Below are positions 29,319-37,981 of a stretch of 64,000 nucleotides of DNA, piece by piece (position 1 is the stretch's first letter; each line of letters opens with the position of its first letter). This stretch comes from Fibrobacter succinogenes. Lineage in GTDB: Bacteria > Fibrobacterota > Fibrobacteria > Fibrobacterales > Fibrobacteraceae. The notes under the pieces are model-generated. The model saw only the letters and a program-made list of their open reading frames with translations. It was not told where the DNA came from and searched no databases. The translations under genes were made by a program, and so were the position numbers. Location of the stretch: positions 8,088 through 72,087 of the forward strand of contig CADCBQ010000007.1 in assembly GCA_902799745.1 (NCBI GenBank), written 5' to 3'.

Positions 29319-30251
29319 TCAATCTTGCAATGCCTTTGGTAGGTTAAATTTGGTAGATTCGACCAATTTTACGAAATTTTCGATTTCTACGGGGGCAAAT
29401 TTTTCTTTAATCCAGTCTACAACCCCCTGAACAAGCACTTCGGGAGCGCTCGCACCACTCGAAATTCCCACCGATTCGATATTTTCGAACCAATCCAACT
29501 GCAGGTCATCGACCGAGGCAATCAAATGGCTCTTGATACCCTGTTCCAGGCCAAGTTCCATCAGACGGCTGGAATTGGAGGAATTCTTGGCTCCCACCAC
29601 CAAGAGCATATCCACCTTGGAGCAAAGATCGAGGACTGCCGCCTGACGATTGCCTGTCGCATAGCACAGGTCGCCGGCTTCCGGTCCAATAATATTCGGG
29701 AAACGTTCCTTAAGAGCATCGATGATTTTGCGGGTTTCCGCCACCGAAAGAGTCGTTTGCGTAATGTAAGCGAGTTCCTTGTCAGCGGGAACTTCCACCG
29801 TCCGTGCGTCGGCTTCATTCTTGATCAGCGTAATCGCTCCCGGCGGAAGCTGACCCAAAGTGCCTTCCACTTCGGCGTGGCCTGCGTGTCCGATTAAAAT
29901 GATATGGCGGCCGGCAGCATAATGACGCTTGGCGCTAAAATGAACCTTGAGCACCAGCGGGCAGCTGGCATCCAGCACCTGCAGTCCGCGTTTTTCGGCA
30001 TCGGCATAAATTTCTTCGGCGACCCCATGGGCAGAAAAAATCACCACGGAACCCGACGGGACTTCGTCGAGTTCATCGACAAAGACAACGCCCTTGGACT
30101 TGAGCGTATCGACCACGAACTTGTTGTGCACAATTTCGTGACGCACATAAATAGGGGTTCCGAACTTTTCAATAGCCTTCTCTACCACATGGATGGCGCG
30201 GTCTACACCGGCACAGAATCCACGGGGAGTCGCAAGAATCACCTTTTTCAT
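29319..30251 (-). CDS. ispH: 4-hydroxy-3-methylbut-2-enyl diphosphate reductase
   Basis: PRGFCAGV, SAHG, CPLV, HAEVEG, QTT, CYAT, SSNS, GASAP. Confidence 0.97.
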   Translation of the reverse strand: MKKVILATPRGFCAGVDRAIHVVEKAIEKFGTPIYVRHEIVHNKFVVDTLKSKGVVFVDELDEVPSGSVVIFSAHGVAEEIYADAEKRGLQVLDASCPLVLKVHFSAKRHYAAGRHIILIGHAGHAEVEGTLGQLPPGAITLIKNEADARTVEVPADKELAYITQTTLSVAETRKIIDALKERFPNIIGPEAGDLCYATGNRQAAVLDLCSKVDMLLVVGAKNSSNSSRLMELGLEQGIKSHLIASVDDLQLDWFENIESVGISSGASAPEVLVQGVVDWIKEKFAPVEIENFVKLVESTKFNLPKALQD

Positions 30252-31438
30252 AAAATACCCTTTAAAAAATTCAGCAACAGCTTATAGGAATTCAAGACTT
30301 TCATTCTTTCGCACATCAAGTATGTGCGCACCACGTCCGGCGACGGATGCCTGCGGCGTAAATAATCAGACGGAGAAAGAATCTGTCCCACCACATGCGC
30401 TGCGACAAGCTTTGTCACAACATCGTCATGCCCCTTGGCATAGGGACCGACACAAGTCGAAACGCCCATCCGCAACGGTTCCCAAAAATCATGAATGCCG
30501 AGTCTACGGTCAAACGAACCGCCAACCATGGCACTCCTGCTTTTCAAAAGAATCTCGTGCGAAAGGCCAAAGCGAGACACCAGGGACACAGCCCCTCTTT
30601 GAACCGTAGGGTAATCTACCACAGGCAGTTCAGCCTCTTTCAAAAGTTTGCGGAACAGGTTCAGTTCCGAAAGTCTACGCGGCAGGAGCACCACTGATTC
30701 GCCCTTATCCACGGAATCCTTCGCCATCGAGACAAACGTTCCGGCTTCTTCTTGGTGGAACGACAGGAACGCGACATCAACAGTCGTTTTTTCAGGGACA
30801 CAAACCAGGCCGCCATCGCGCGCCCAGTTCAAGAGTTTCCAGTCGCCGCCCATGGTGCACGGCACAAAGCCCTTGCTTGCATATGTAAAACGCCCTAGGT
30901 CAGAAGCGGTCTGCATGCATGCGTACCCCATTCCCGAAAAATTGATAAACGGAAAAGAACGGCGATAACGCCCCGATACAAGAGCTACGTTACGGCGGGT
31001 CGAAAGTTTAGACATTGTCGAAAGGTAACCCGGCCACAGTTCGTTTTCAGCTAGAATCAAACCGAGCGGCTGTACCGAACTCACAAACGAATGTAATGCA
31101 GACGGAATGTCCGCCGGCGCAATAGCCACTTCAGCAACATCCGCACAAGAATCCTTCAGGAACGAGGCGACTTCGACCTTTTGCGTGGTAATCAGAATCT
31201 TGGGACAATTCGGCAAGTCCTCTTTAAGGGCATGCGCAAGCCCTTGCAGCATACGGCATTCACCGAGGCTTGCTCCATGAAGCCAAAGGTACGGGCCATC
31301 GCTTGGCCACGGTCCCAACAAGCGTTCTTCAATATGATATTCCCGCTCAAGACGCGGGCACTTGCCAACAGCTTTCGCTACGGTCTTAACGGCAGTCCCT
31401 ACTGCAAGGAGGCCTAAGTTCTTTACATTTAAGCCCAT
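30248..31438 (-). CDS. waaA: Kdo transferase WaaA/KdtA-like glycosyltransferase (divergent)
   Basis: WLHGASLGE, AP.D, ENELWP, PR, VGGSF...G.H...EP. Confidence 0.75.
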   Translation of the reverse strand: MGLNVKNLGLLAVGTAVKTVAKAVGKCPRLEREYHIEERLLGPWPSDGPYLWLHGASLGECRMLQGLAHALKEDLPNCPKILITTQKVEVASFLKDSCADVAEVAIAPADIPSALHSFVSSVQPLGLILAENELWPGYLSTMSKLSTRRNVALVSGRYRRSFPFINFSGMGYACMQTASDLGRFTYASKGFVPCTMGGDWKLLNWARDGGLVCVPEKTTVDVAFLSFHQEEAGTFVSMAKDSVDKGESVVLLPRRLSELNLFRKLLKEAELPVVDYPTVQRGAVSLVSRFGLSHEILLKSRSAMVGGSFDRRLGIHDFWEPLRMGVSTCVGPYAKGHDDVVTKLVAAHVVGQILSPSDYLRRRHPSPDVVRTYLMCERMKVLNSYKLLLNFLKGIL

Positions 31439-32118
31439 AGCATGAACGCAATCTTACGGACAACAATCAGCAAAAGGATCATGATCATCCAGAGCCATGT
31501 AAAATGGTCTGCAAGGAACGCCTCTTTTGCAGAACGCATCGGTCCAGAGCGGTGGAATTCGCGCGGGAAAAAGGCAGGGGTCTGCTGCGCCCAGATTTTC
31601 CACTCGTCACCGAACTTTTTCTCCAAGAAGCGGTCGTCGAGTTTGCCCAGATAGGCTTCAAACGCGACAAGAACCACGATGAACGGAATGACGCGCAGAC
31701 TTAAACCCAGGTGCAAGAAGATCAGCGAAATTCCAAACGCCGCGTTGGACACGTACAGCGGATGGCGCAACCTGGCGTAGGCACCCCAGGTCACCAACTC
31801 ATCGGCTTCCTGGATATCACCACGAGTATGTTCGCCAATGACGCGGCGCGCCTTGACACGCAGGTAAAATGCCAAGATGAAGATATTGATAAAAATAAGG
31901 AACATGATGAGTTCAAGGTCCGCCGGTTCGAATACCAGCATGATCAACGAAAGGATACCCAGGACCCACCCGCGATAGCGGAACAGGAACTCGCGTTTCG
32001 GTTCTTCTTCAGCAAGCGGCGCCGCCCCCGATTCCTTCGATTCAGCAGGCACATTCTGTTCGGCAGGATTTTCAATCGTATTCACCTGTTCTTGCTCTTT
32101 TTCCATTTGTCCATCCAT
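31429..32118 (-). CDS. Isoprenylcysteine carboxyl methyltransferase (ICMT/PEMT) family membrane protein
   Basis: LVTWGAYARLRHPLY, FL.KKFGDEW......P.FFP. Confidence 0.85.
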   Translation of the reverse strand: MDGQMEKEQEQVNTIENPAEQNVPAESKESGAAPLAEEEPKREFLFRYRGWVLGILSLIMLVFEPADLELIMFLIFINIFILAFYLRVKARRVIGEHTRGDIQEADELVTWGAYARLRHPLYVSNAAFGISLIFLHLGLSLRVIPFIVVLVAFEAYLGKLDDRFLEKKFGDEWKIWAQQTPAFFPREFHRSGPMRSAKEAFLADHFTWLWMIMILLLIVVRKIAFMLWA

Positions 32119-32129
32119 AATCGCCTCCG

Positions 32130-33689
32130 CTAAAGCTTTGCAATGTTAAATATACATTCAACTTCGGGAGAAAGCACATCGTGACTCACAATAATTGTCC
32201 ATTTGCCAAGCGATTCGGCCGTTTTTAGGTACGCTTTTAGCAGGGGTTCTCGGTCCACCAGCGCCACAGAGGCAAATGGCTCGTCTAGGAGTACCGTGCG
32301 GCAATCCGAGGCAAGAGCCCAAAGGAGCGCCACTCGGGCACGTTCGCCGCCCGAGAGGCCTGATTTCTGAAGGAGGGGGGCCGCCCCGGAAGCCTGCATA
32401 AAGGTCTCGAGAGTCTGCGCAGCCTCGGCACCGCGCCCTTTTTCCAAAAGTCGAGAAAGCATCCATTTGGGCGGAAGTTCCAGATCTTGGGCGACAAAGA
32501 AGACGTCACTCGGAGTAAAAGCGTCGGCAGAGTTCCAACGCTCAAGCCCAGAAAGCAATCGCAAAAGTGTGGATTTGCCTACGCCATTTTTACCACGGAC
32601 AAGAACAGGCTTTTCGCGGGACCAATTGAGCGCAAGATCCGTAAACACAGGGGTCTCGGAGCCTTCGTAAGTGAATTTACCGCCACGAATCGAAACCGCG
32701 TCGGAGGTTGCATCGGGTGTTGCGGCAAAATCCTTGCCAGCAGATTTTCCGGCCAATTCAAGCTGTTCGAATTCTTCGAGGACATTGATTGCCGAAACCG
32801 CCGAGCGGAACTGAGGCATGACACGAGCACATTCCTTGACCGGCTTATAGCAGAGGAGTACCGCCGAGGTAAACAACACTAGACCAGACGCATCCATGTA
32901 GCCGCGGCTCATAAGGAGCGCGCAAAACGCCAGTACAAAAACCATGGCCAGCACCGAAACCGTTTCAGTCAAAAGCGAAAGGCCAGACTTTTTGATGGCG
33001 GCATTCAGCCCGTTATCGCGGAGCCCGCGAACATCCTTTAAGAGACCGTCTGAAATATCCTTGCGTTCGTCGCGACCGCTCCATTGCCTAAAAAGCCTAC
33101 GGGCCAGCGACAGATTCCCGCGGAAATCAGAACGTGCCCGCAACAGGGATTCTTCGGCTGGGCCAAGCTTATGCAGTTTACGCTGAAAGACTGCCACCAG
33201 CGGCACAATCACCACAAAAAGGAATGCGGCAAGCGGCCAGGAGATATAGAAAAGCACCGGCAAGAAAACCAGCAGCTGAAGCACTGCCTGCACAGCCTGA
33301 AAGAAAACTCCCCCATTATTCTGCAGCACGACCGTGGCCTCATAAGCAGATTCGACCATACGTTCGCCCTTGGGAGTGTGGAAATTTTTAGGAGCCAAAT
33401 CACGGAGCCTGTGCAGGAACCACGCCTGCACCCGAGCAGACACCTTATAAAGCCAACCTTCGGAAACCTTGGACTTGCCATACAGGAATACTAGACGAAA
33501 CAGGGCAAGCGCCACCATCCCCCCGACCCAGGCTGCAAGCGGAATATCGGCCTTACCGCCAACAATGTCGATAAAGGAGCGGATACCCCAGAGCACCGCC
33601 GCATCGGCAGCACTTGCCAAAAGCGCCATCGGCAAAAAGCGGATTACGCCGCCTTTCAAGGATTTTTTCAGCCATTTTCGCAGATTCAC
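32130..33689 (-). CDS. MsbA-like ABC exporter (TMD plus short NBD)
   Basis: Multiple TM helices, YKPVK, Walker A GKNGVGKST, LSGGE, VLLDE, SHD; GTG start. Confidence 0.8.
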   Translation of the reverse strand: MNLRKWLKKSLKGGVIRFLPMALLASAADAAVLWGIRSFIDIVGGKADIPLAAWVGGMVALALFRLVFLYGKSKVSEGWLYKVSARVQAWFLHRLRDLAPKNFHTPKGERMVESAYEATVVLQNNGGVFFQAVQAVLQLLVFLPVLFYISWPLAAFLFVVIVPLVAVFQRKLHKLGPAEESLLRARSDFRGNLSLARRLFRQWSGRDERKDISDGLLKDVRGLRDNGLNAAIKKSGLSLLTETVSVLAMVFVLAFCALLMSRGYMDASGLVLFTSAVLLCYKPVKECARVMPQFRSAVSAINVLEEFEQLELAGKSAGKDFAATPDATSDAVSIRGGKFTYEGSETPVFTDLALNWSREKPVLVRGKNGVGKSTLLRLLSGLERWNSADAFTPSDVFFVAQDLELPPKWMLSRLLEKGRGAEAAQTLETFMQASGAAPLLQKSGLSGGERARVALLWALASDCRTVLLDEPFASVALVDREPLLKAYLKTAESLGKWTIIVSHDVLSPEVECIFNIAKL

Positions 33690-33764
33690 GCAGAAAAATT
33701 AACTTTTTTCGAGTAGCACCCTTGACTAAAATTAAATAGTTACCTATATTTGGCCCTACTAAAC

Positions 33765-33837
33765 GCCCCTATCGTCTAGTGGCCCAGGACTCGGGATTTT
33801 CATTCCCGCAACAGCGGTTCGAAACCGCTTGGGGGTA
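33765..33837 (+). tRNA. tRNA-Glu(TTC)
   Basis: Cloverleaf with CGGGA-TTTTCAT-TCCCG anticodon arm; own TTGAC...TATATTTG promoter and terminator. Confidence 0.95.
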
Positions 33838-33999
33838 TAAGAAAAGGTTCATCTTTTGATGGACCTTTTCTTTTTACCCGCGAGCAAACCGCCTCTCAGG
33901 GTATAAAAAGAGCACACTCAGCGAAGCTGAGTTTTTTATTTTCAAATAAAAACCCCCTTGACAAACAAAAATACTTACCTATATTTGGTCGCACAAATC

Positions 34000-34072
34000 G
34001 CCCCTATCGTCTAGTGGCCCAGGACTCGGGATTTTCATTCCCGCAACAGCGGTTCGAAACCGCTTGGGGGTA
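34000..34072 (+). tRNA. tRNA-Glu(TTC), identical second copy
   Basis: 73-nt sequence identical to 33765-33837; own promoter and terminator. Confidence 0.95.
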
Positions 34073-34147
34073 TAAAAAGGATCAACCAAAGGTTGGTCCT
34101 TTTTTCGTAGACAGCCGAAAAATATTTTACTACATTATGCGAACCTC

Positions 34148-34232
34148 GGAGAGATGCCAGAGTGGTCGAATGGGCCGGTCTCGAAATCCGGAGTCTGTCA
34201 CAGGACCGAGGGTTCGAATCCCTCTCTCTCCT
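34148..34232 (+). tRNA. tRNA-Ser(CGA)
   Basis: GGAGAGA/TCTCTCC acceptor, CTCGAAA loop, long variable arm; T31-T39 mismatch. Confidence 0.92.
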
Positions 34233-34279
34233 TGAAACGAAAAGCGGAGCCGCAAGGTTCCGCTTTTTGTTTCATAGAA

Positions 34280-34423
34280 AAAGGATACGCGAACCCTCGA
34301 AGAGGGTTCGATTAACTACGCAAGAGCGTAGCGAACAAAGCGCAGTTAAGGATTACGGCCAAAGGCCGTAACCCGAAGGGCAAAGTTTGAAACGAGGTGA
34401 AAGCTTTGTCCAATCCCCCTCTC
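34280..34423. repeat. tRNA-linked palindromic element built from tRNA T-arm sequence
   Basis: CGAACCCTC-GAA-GAGGGTTCG, several nested hairpins, ends AATCCCCCTCTC like the tRNA-Ser 3' end. Confidence 0.6.
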
Positions 34424-34484
34424 GTATCAACAATACATTTTTACTAAAATATCCCGCACCCTTTGAAAAGGTCGCCCATATTTC

Positions 34485-34636
34485 TACATTTGGCCGCAAA
34501 TCCAACAAAACGGATCCAAAAAACTTCAGGTTTATAAGCGCGAGTGCGCTTCGGGGCTTTTCAAGGTTCAAGACTGAACCAATCGATAGTGCGGCATGGG
34601 CCGCAGATGAAGTTTACGGGTCCCTGAAGGTGCATT
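34485..34636 (+). promoter_or_regulatory. Promoter box and structured ~140-nt 5' leader of the deaD-like gene
   Basis: TACATTTG at 34485; three 6-bp hairpins; alternative closing helices, one including the SD. Confidence 0.6.
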
Positions 34637-37012
34637 ATGACGAAGAATACTGAAGAACGTATTCCTGAAGAAGCTATTGACCCCAAATCCAAGATTGCCC
34701 GCGAAGCAAACGCGTTTTTGAACGCTATTGCAGGCGGTGCCGACGAAGACGAAGCTGACGAAGCTGCGTTCCTGGAACTGAACCCGAACGGCGTGGTCGT
34801 CGACGAAGAAGGCGACGTGCTCAAGAAGGGCAGAAAGTCTGCCATCGAAGTCGGTACGAAGGTCGAATTTGAAGAAGGCGAAGTCGAACAGCCCGAAGAA
34901 GACAGCGCCGAAGATTACGCTGAATCTAAAAAGAGCTGCGCCGAACCAGAAGAGTGTCATCCTGAGCGAAGCGACAGCGAAGTCGAAGGATCTTCTGACG
35001 ACGAGCCCGCAGACGACTCTGACGAAGAACCGGGCGATGAAGCCCTCGTGACTTTCGAAGACCTCGGACTTGCAGACGAAGTTCTTGAAGCCATCAAGGC
35101 ATTGAACTACGAGACGCCCTCCCCCATTCAGGCAAAGGCAATTCCAGCCCTTTTGCAGGGTGGAAATTTACTCGGCACAGCACAGACCGGTACCGGTAAG
35201 ACCGCCGCATTCTCGCTCCCGCTCCTTTCGAGGCTCGACTTTAACGGTCATGAAACTTCGATGCTCGTGCTCACGCCGACCCGCGAACTCGCTATTCAGG
35301 TGGCCGAGGCTATCCAGCAGTACGCCGCCAAAATGCCGAAGGTGCACGTGGTTCCGGTTTACGGCGGACAGGACATCGCCGTACAACTCCGTGCCCTCAA
35401 GCGTCAGGCAAACATCGTGGTTGCCACTCCGGGCCGCCTGATTGACCATATCAAGCGCGGATCCATCGTACTTTCGGGCGTGAAGGCCATCGTTCTCGAC
35501 GAAGCCGACGAAATGCTCGACATGGGATTCATGGAAGATGTGGAAACCATCCTCAAGGAAATCCCGGCAAGCGCCCAGCGCGCCCTCTTTAGCGCCACCA
35601 TGCCTAAAGAAGTCAAGAAGATTATTGAACAGCACTTGGGCGAATACGAAGAAGCCTGCATCGAAGGCAAGACGACAACCGTCGAAAATATCCGCCAGCG
35701 TTACTTGCTCGTAAAGAACGAGCACAAGATCGAAGCTCTCGCCCGCGTACTCGAAGGCGAAGACTTTGACGGCGTGCTGATTTTCGTGCGTACCAAGCAG
35801 AATACAACCGAAGTCGCCGAAAAGCTTGAAAGCCGCGGATTCAATGTGGCCCCGCTGAACGGTGACCTCGCCCAGTCCATGCGCGAACGCACCATCAACC
35901 GTCTGAAGATGGGCAAGCTCGATATCGTTGTCGCCACCGATGTGGCCGCCCGCGGAATTGACGTGGACCGCATCACGCATGTGGTGAACTACGACATTCC
36001 TTACGATACCGAATCTTACGTGCACCGCATCGGCCGTACGGGCCGCGCAGGCCGCAGCGGCAACGCCATCCTCTTTATCACCCCGCGTGAAAAGAAGATG
36101 CTGAAAATCATCGAAAAGGCGACCCGCCAGCCGATCGAAACGATGGAATTGCCGACCGCCGAAATCATCAGCGCAAAGCGCGTCGCCGCCTTCAAGGACA
36201 AAATCAAGAGCGTCATTACCACCGGCGAACTCGACAAGTTCAAGGAACTCGTCCAGTCAATGGTAAACGAAAGTCAAAACGCAGAGTGTCATCCTGAGCG
36301 AAGCGACAGCGAAGTCGAAGGATCTAACGAAACATTAACAGCTATTGACATCGCTGCCGCCGTTATCAAGATTTGGCAGAAAAAACAGCCGCTCTTCCCG
36401 GAACTCAAACCGCTTGAAGCCCCGCGTGAACGCCGCGAACGTAACGATAACTTCGGCCTTGACCGCGAAGAAAAGAGCCGACTCCGCAAGGAACGCAACG
36501 AAGGCGCAAACGGCGTCGAAGAAGGCTATCTGCGCTACTACTTAGGCGTCGGCCGCCGCGACCACGTGACGCCGCGAGACATCGTAGGCGCTATCGCTGG
36601 CGAAGGCAACATCAGCAGTTCCAACATCGGACGCATCAAGCTGTTCGACAAGTTCAGCACCGTGGAACTCCCCGAAACCATGCCGCAAGAAGTCCTCGAC
36701 ATTCTCGCCGACATGACGATTCGCGGTAACGAATCCAGATTCCGCCTAATGACCGACGAACCGCCCACTGGCCCCGCTCCCGGAACCCACCCGCGAGCCA
36801 GCCGCGAAGATCGCCGCAGTTTCCATCGCGATGGAGACCGTCGCGGCAAAAAGTTCGACGACAAGCCTTTCGAAAACCGCAAGGCCCGCCGCGAAAAAAT
36901 GTTCGGTGACAAGAAATTCGGCAAAAAGGAAGACCGCTTCCACAAAGACCACGACGAACGTAGCTTTGGAGACAAGCCCTTCCGCAAAACTCGCCGTTTC
37001 GGAAGAGTGTAA
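34637..37012 (+). CDS. deaD: DeaD/CsdA-type DEAD-box RNA helicase with DbpA RNA-binding domain, acidic N-extension and two in-frame REP-derived peptides
   Basis: AQTGTGKT, PTRELA, DEAD, SAT, ARGID, YVHRIGRTGRAG, GVGRRDHV.PRDIVGAI..E; basic tail. Confidence 0.92.
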   Translation: MTKNTEERIPEEAIDPKSKIAREANAFLNAIAGGADEDEADEAAFLELNPNGVVVDEEGDVLKKGRKSAIEVGTKVEFEEGEVEQPEEDSAEDYAESKKSCAEPEECHPERSDSEVEGSSDDEPADDSDEEPGDEALVTFEDLGLADEVLEAIKALNYETPSPIQAKAIPALLQGGNLLGTAQTGTGKTAAFSLPLLSRLDFNGHETSMLVLTPTRELAIQVAEAIQQYAAKMPKVHVVPVYGGQDIAVQLRALKRQANIVVATPGRLIDHIKRGSIVLSGVKAIVLDEADEMLDMGFMEDVETILKEIPASAQRALFSATMPKEVKKIIEQHLGEYEEACIEGKTTTVENIRQRYLLVKNEHKIEALARVLEGEDFDGVLIFVRTKQNTTEVAEKLESRGFNVAPLNGDLAQSMRERTINRLKMGKLDIVVATDVAARGIDVDRITHVVNYDIPYDTESYVHRIGRTGRAGRSGNAILFITPREKKMLKIIEKATRQPIETMELPTAEIISAKRVAAFKDKIKSVITTGELDKFKELVQSMVNESQNAECHPERSDSEVEGSNETLTAIDIAAAVIKIWQKKQPLFPELKPLEAPRERRERNDNFGLDREEKSRLRKERNEGANGVEEGYLRYYLGVGRRDHVTPRDIVGAIAGEGNISSSNIGRIKLFDKFSTVELPETMPQEVLDILADMTIRGNESRFRLMTDEPPTGPAPGTHPRASREDRRSFHRDGDRRGKKFDDKPFENRKARREKMFGDKKFGKKEDRFHKDHDERSFGDKPFRKTRRFGRV
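34951..34993 (+). repeat. GTCATCCTGAGCG-type REP, copy 1 (inside deaD)
   Basis: AGAGTGTCATCCTGAGCGAAGCGACAGCGAAGTCGAAGGATCT, 43 bp. Confidence 0.9.
36283..36325 (+). repeat. GTCATCCTGAGCG-type REP, copy 2 (inside deaD)
   Basis: 43/43 identical to copy 1. Confidence 0.9.
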
Positions 37013-37020
37013 GTAAAGAC

Positions 37021-37050
37021 AAGAGGTTTGCTCCGGCAAGCCTCTTTTTT
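37021..37050 (+). terminator. deaD terminator fused to the next promoter box
   Basis: AAGAGGTTTGC-TCCG-GCAAGCCTCTTTTTT, then TATACTTG at 37053. Confidence 0.8.
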
Positions 37051-37064
37051 ACTATACTTGCGGC

Positions 37065-37937
37065 ATGACTTTTTCGACTCTCATCGGCATCATTCTGTTG
37101 CTCGCCCTTGTCTTTTTTAAGCTTAAGGGCAAGGCGCCGAAGAAGAATCCGAAAATGTACCATGGAGACGGCCGTCGCAAAACATTCCGCGATTTTGAGC
37201 AGGAACGCCGACGGAATTTCAGCGACCGAGGCGCTCCTGGTTTCGACAAGCCTTTTGAACTGGGCGGCTACGGCATTACGCACGCGCCTACCCGCAGCGA
37301 AAACTTCTTTAAGCCGGACCTGAAATTCAACGACGAGCGTATTGCAAACGACCCGCGAGGTATTTTTGGCGAAGCAGCCATGATGGCATTGACCGCACGC
37401 GTTTGCGACACCGACAAGCGCCGTTATGTGCTGATGCGGAACCTGTACATTCCGGCCCGAGCAGGCTACACCGAAATCGACGCATTGCTTTTGCACCAGT
37501 CGGGCATTTACGTTCTTGAAAGCAAAAACCTTTCGGGCGAAATCGCAGGCAACCTTGAAAGTGAACGTTGGAACCAGCACTTGAACGCAAACACCGAGCA
37601 TACGTTCCACAACCCCATTCGTCAAAATATCGGACATATTCTTGCGCTGGAACATTTCCTCAAAATCCGCCATGAACAAGCGCACTTTATTTCGTTCGTG
37701 GTTTTCAGCGACCGCTGCGTACTGCGCAAGGTGCCCAAGGATAACGAATTCTGGAGCATCGTTCACTGTAGCGAATTGCAAGACGCCCTACTCAAGCGCA
37801 TCACGAGCCGCAAGACCATTTACACTATGCAACAGCTTGAAGACTTTTATTATAAATTGCAAGGTTGCATGAATGTGAGCGAAGAAGTGAAGAAGCAACA
37901 CAGGGAATATGCGAACGCAAGAGGAAATAAGACATAG
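37065..37937 (+). CDS. NERD (nuclease-related) domain membrane-anchored protein
   Basis: N-terminal TM; G.FGE, TEID.LLL...GIYVLESKN.SG.I, W, F.NPIRQN..H. Confidence 0.88.
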   Translation: MTFSTLIGIILLLALVFFKLKGKAPKKNPKMYHGDGRRKTFRDFEQERRRNFSDRGAPGFDKPFELGGYGITHAPTRSENFFKPDLKFNDERIANDPRGIFGEAAMMALTARVCDTDKRRYVLMRNLYIPARAGYTEIDALLLHQSGIYVLESKNLSGEIAGNLESERWNQHLNANTEHTFHNPIRQNIGHILALEHFLKIRHEQAHFISFVVFSDRCVLRKVPKDNEFWSIVHCSELQDALLKRITSRKTIYTMQQLEDFYYKLQGCMNVSEEVKKQHREYANARGNKT

Positions 37938-37965
37938 ATCCTTCGACTTCGCTCAGGATGACACT
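37936..37965 (-). repeat. GTCATCCTGAGCG-type REP, short inverted intergenic copy
   Basis: Reverse complement AGTGTCATCCTGAGCGAAGTCGAAGGATCT; overlaps the NERD gene stop codon. Confidence 0.88.
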
Positions 37966-37981
37966 TAAATAACAACTAGCT

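Noticed and set aside
33765-34232. tRNA cluster as a prophage or island attachment site
   Set aside because: There is no integrase or foreign cargo; the duplicated tRNA is complete rather than a partial att repeat.
34148-34232. tRNA-Ser T31-T39 mismatch and T discriminator as a sign of pseudogenisation
   Set aside because: A single tolerated mismatch; all other arms and the terminator are intact.
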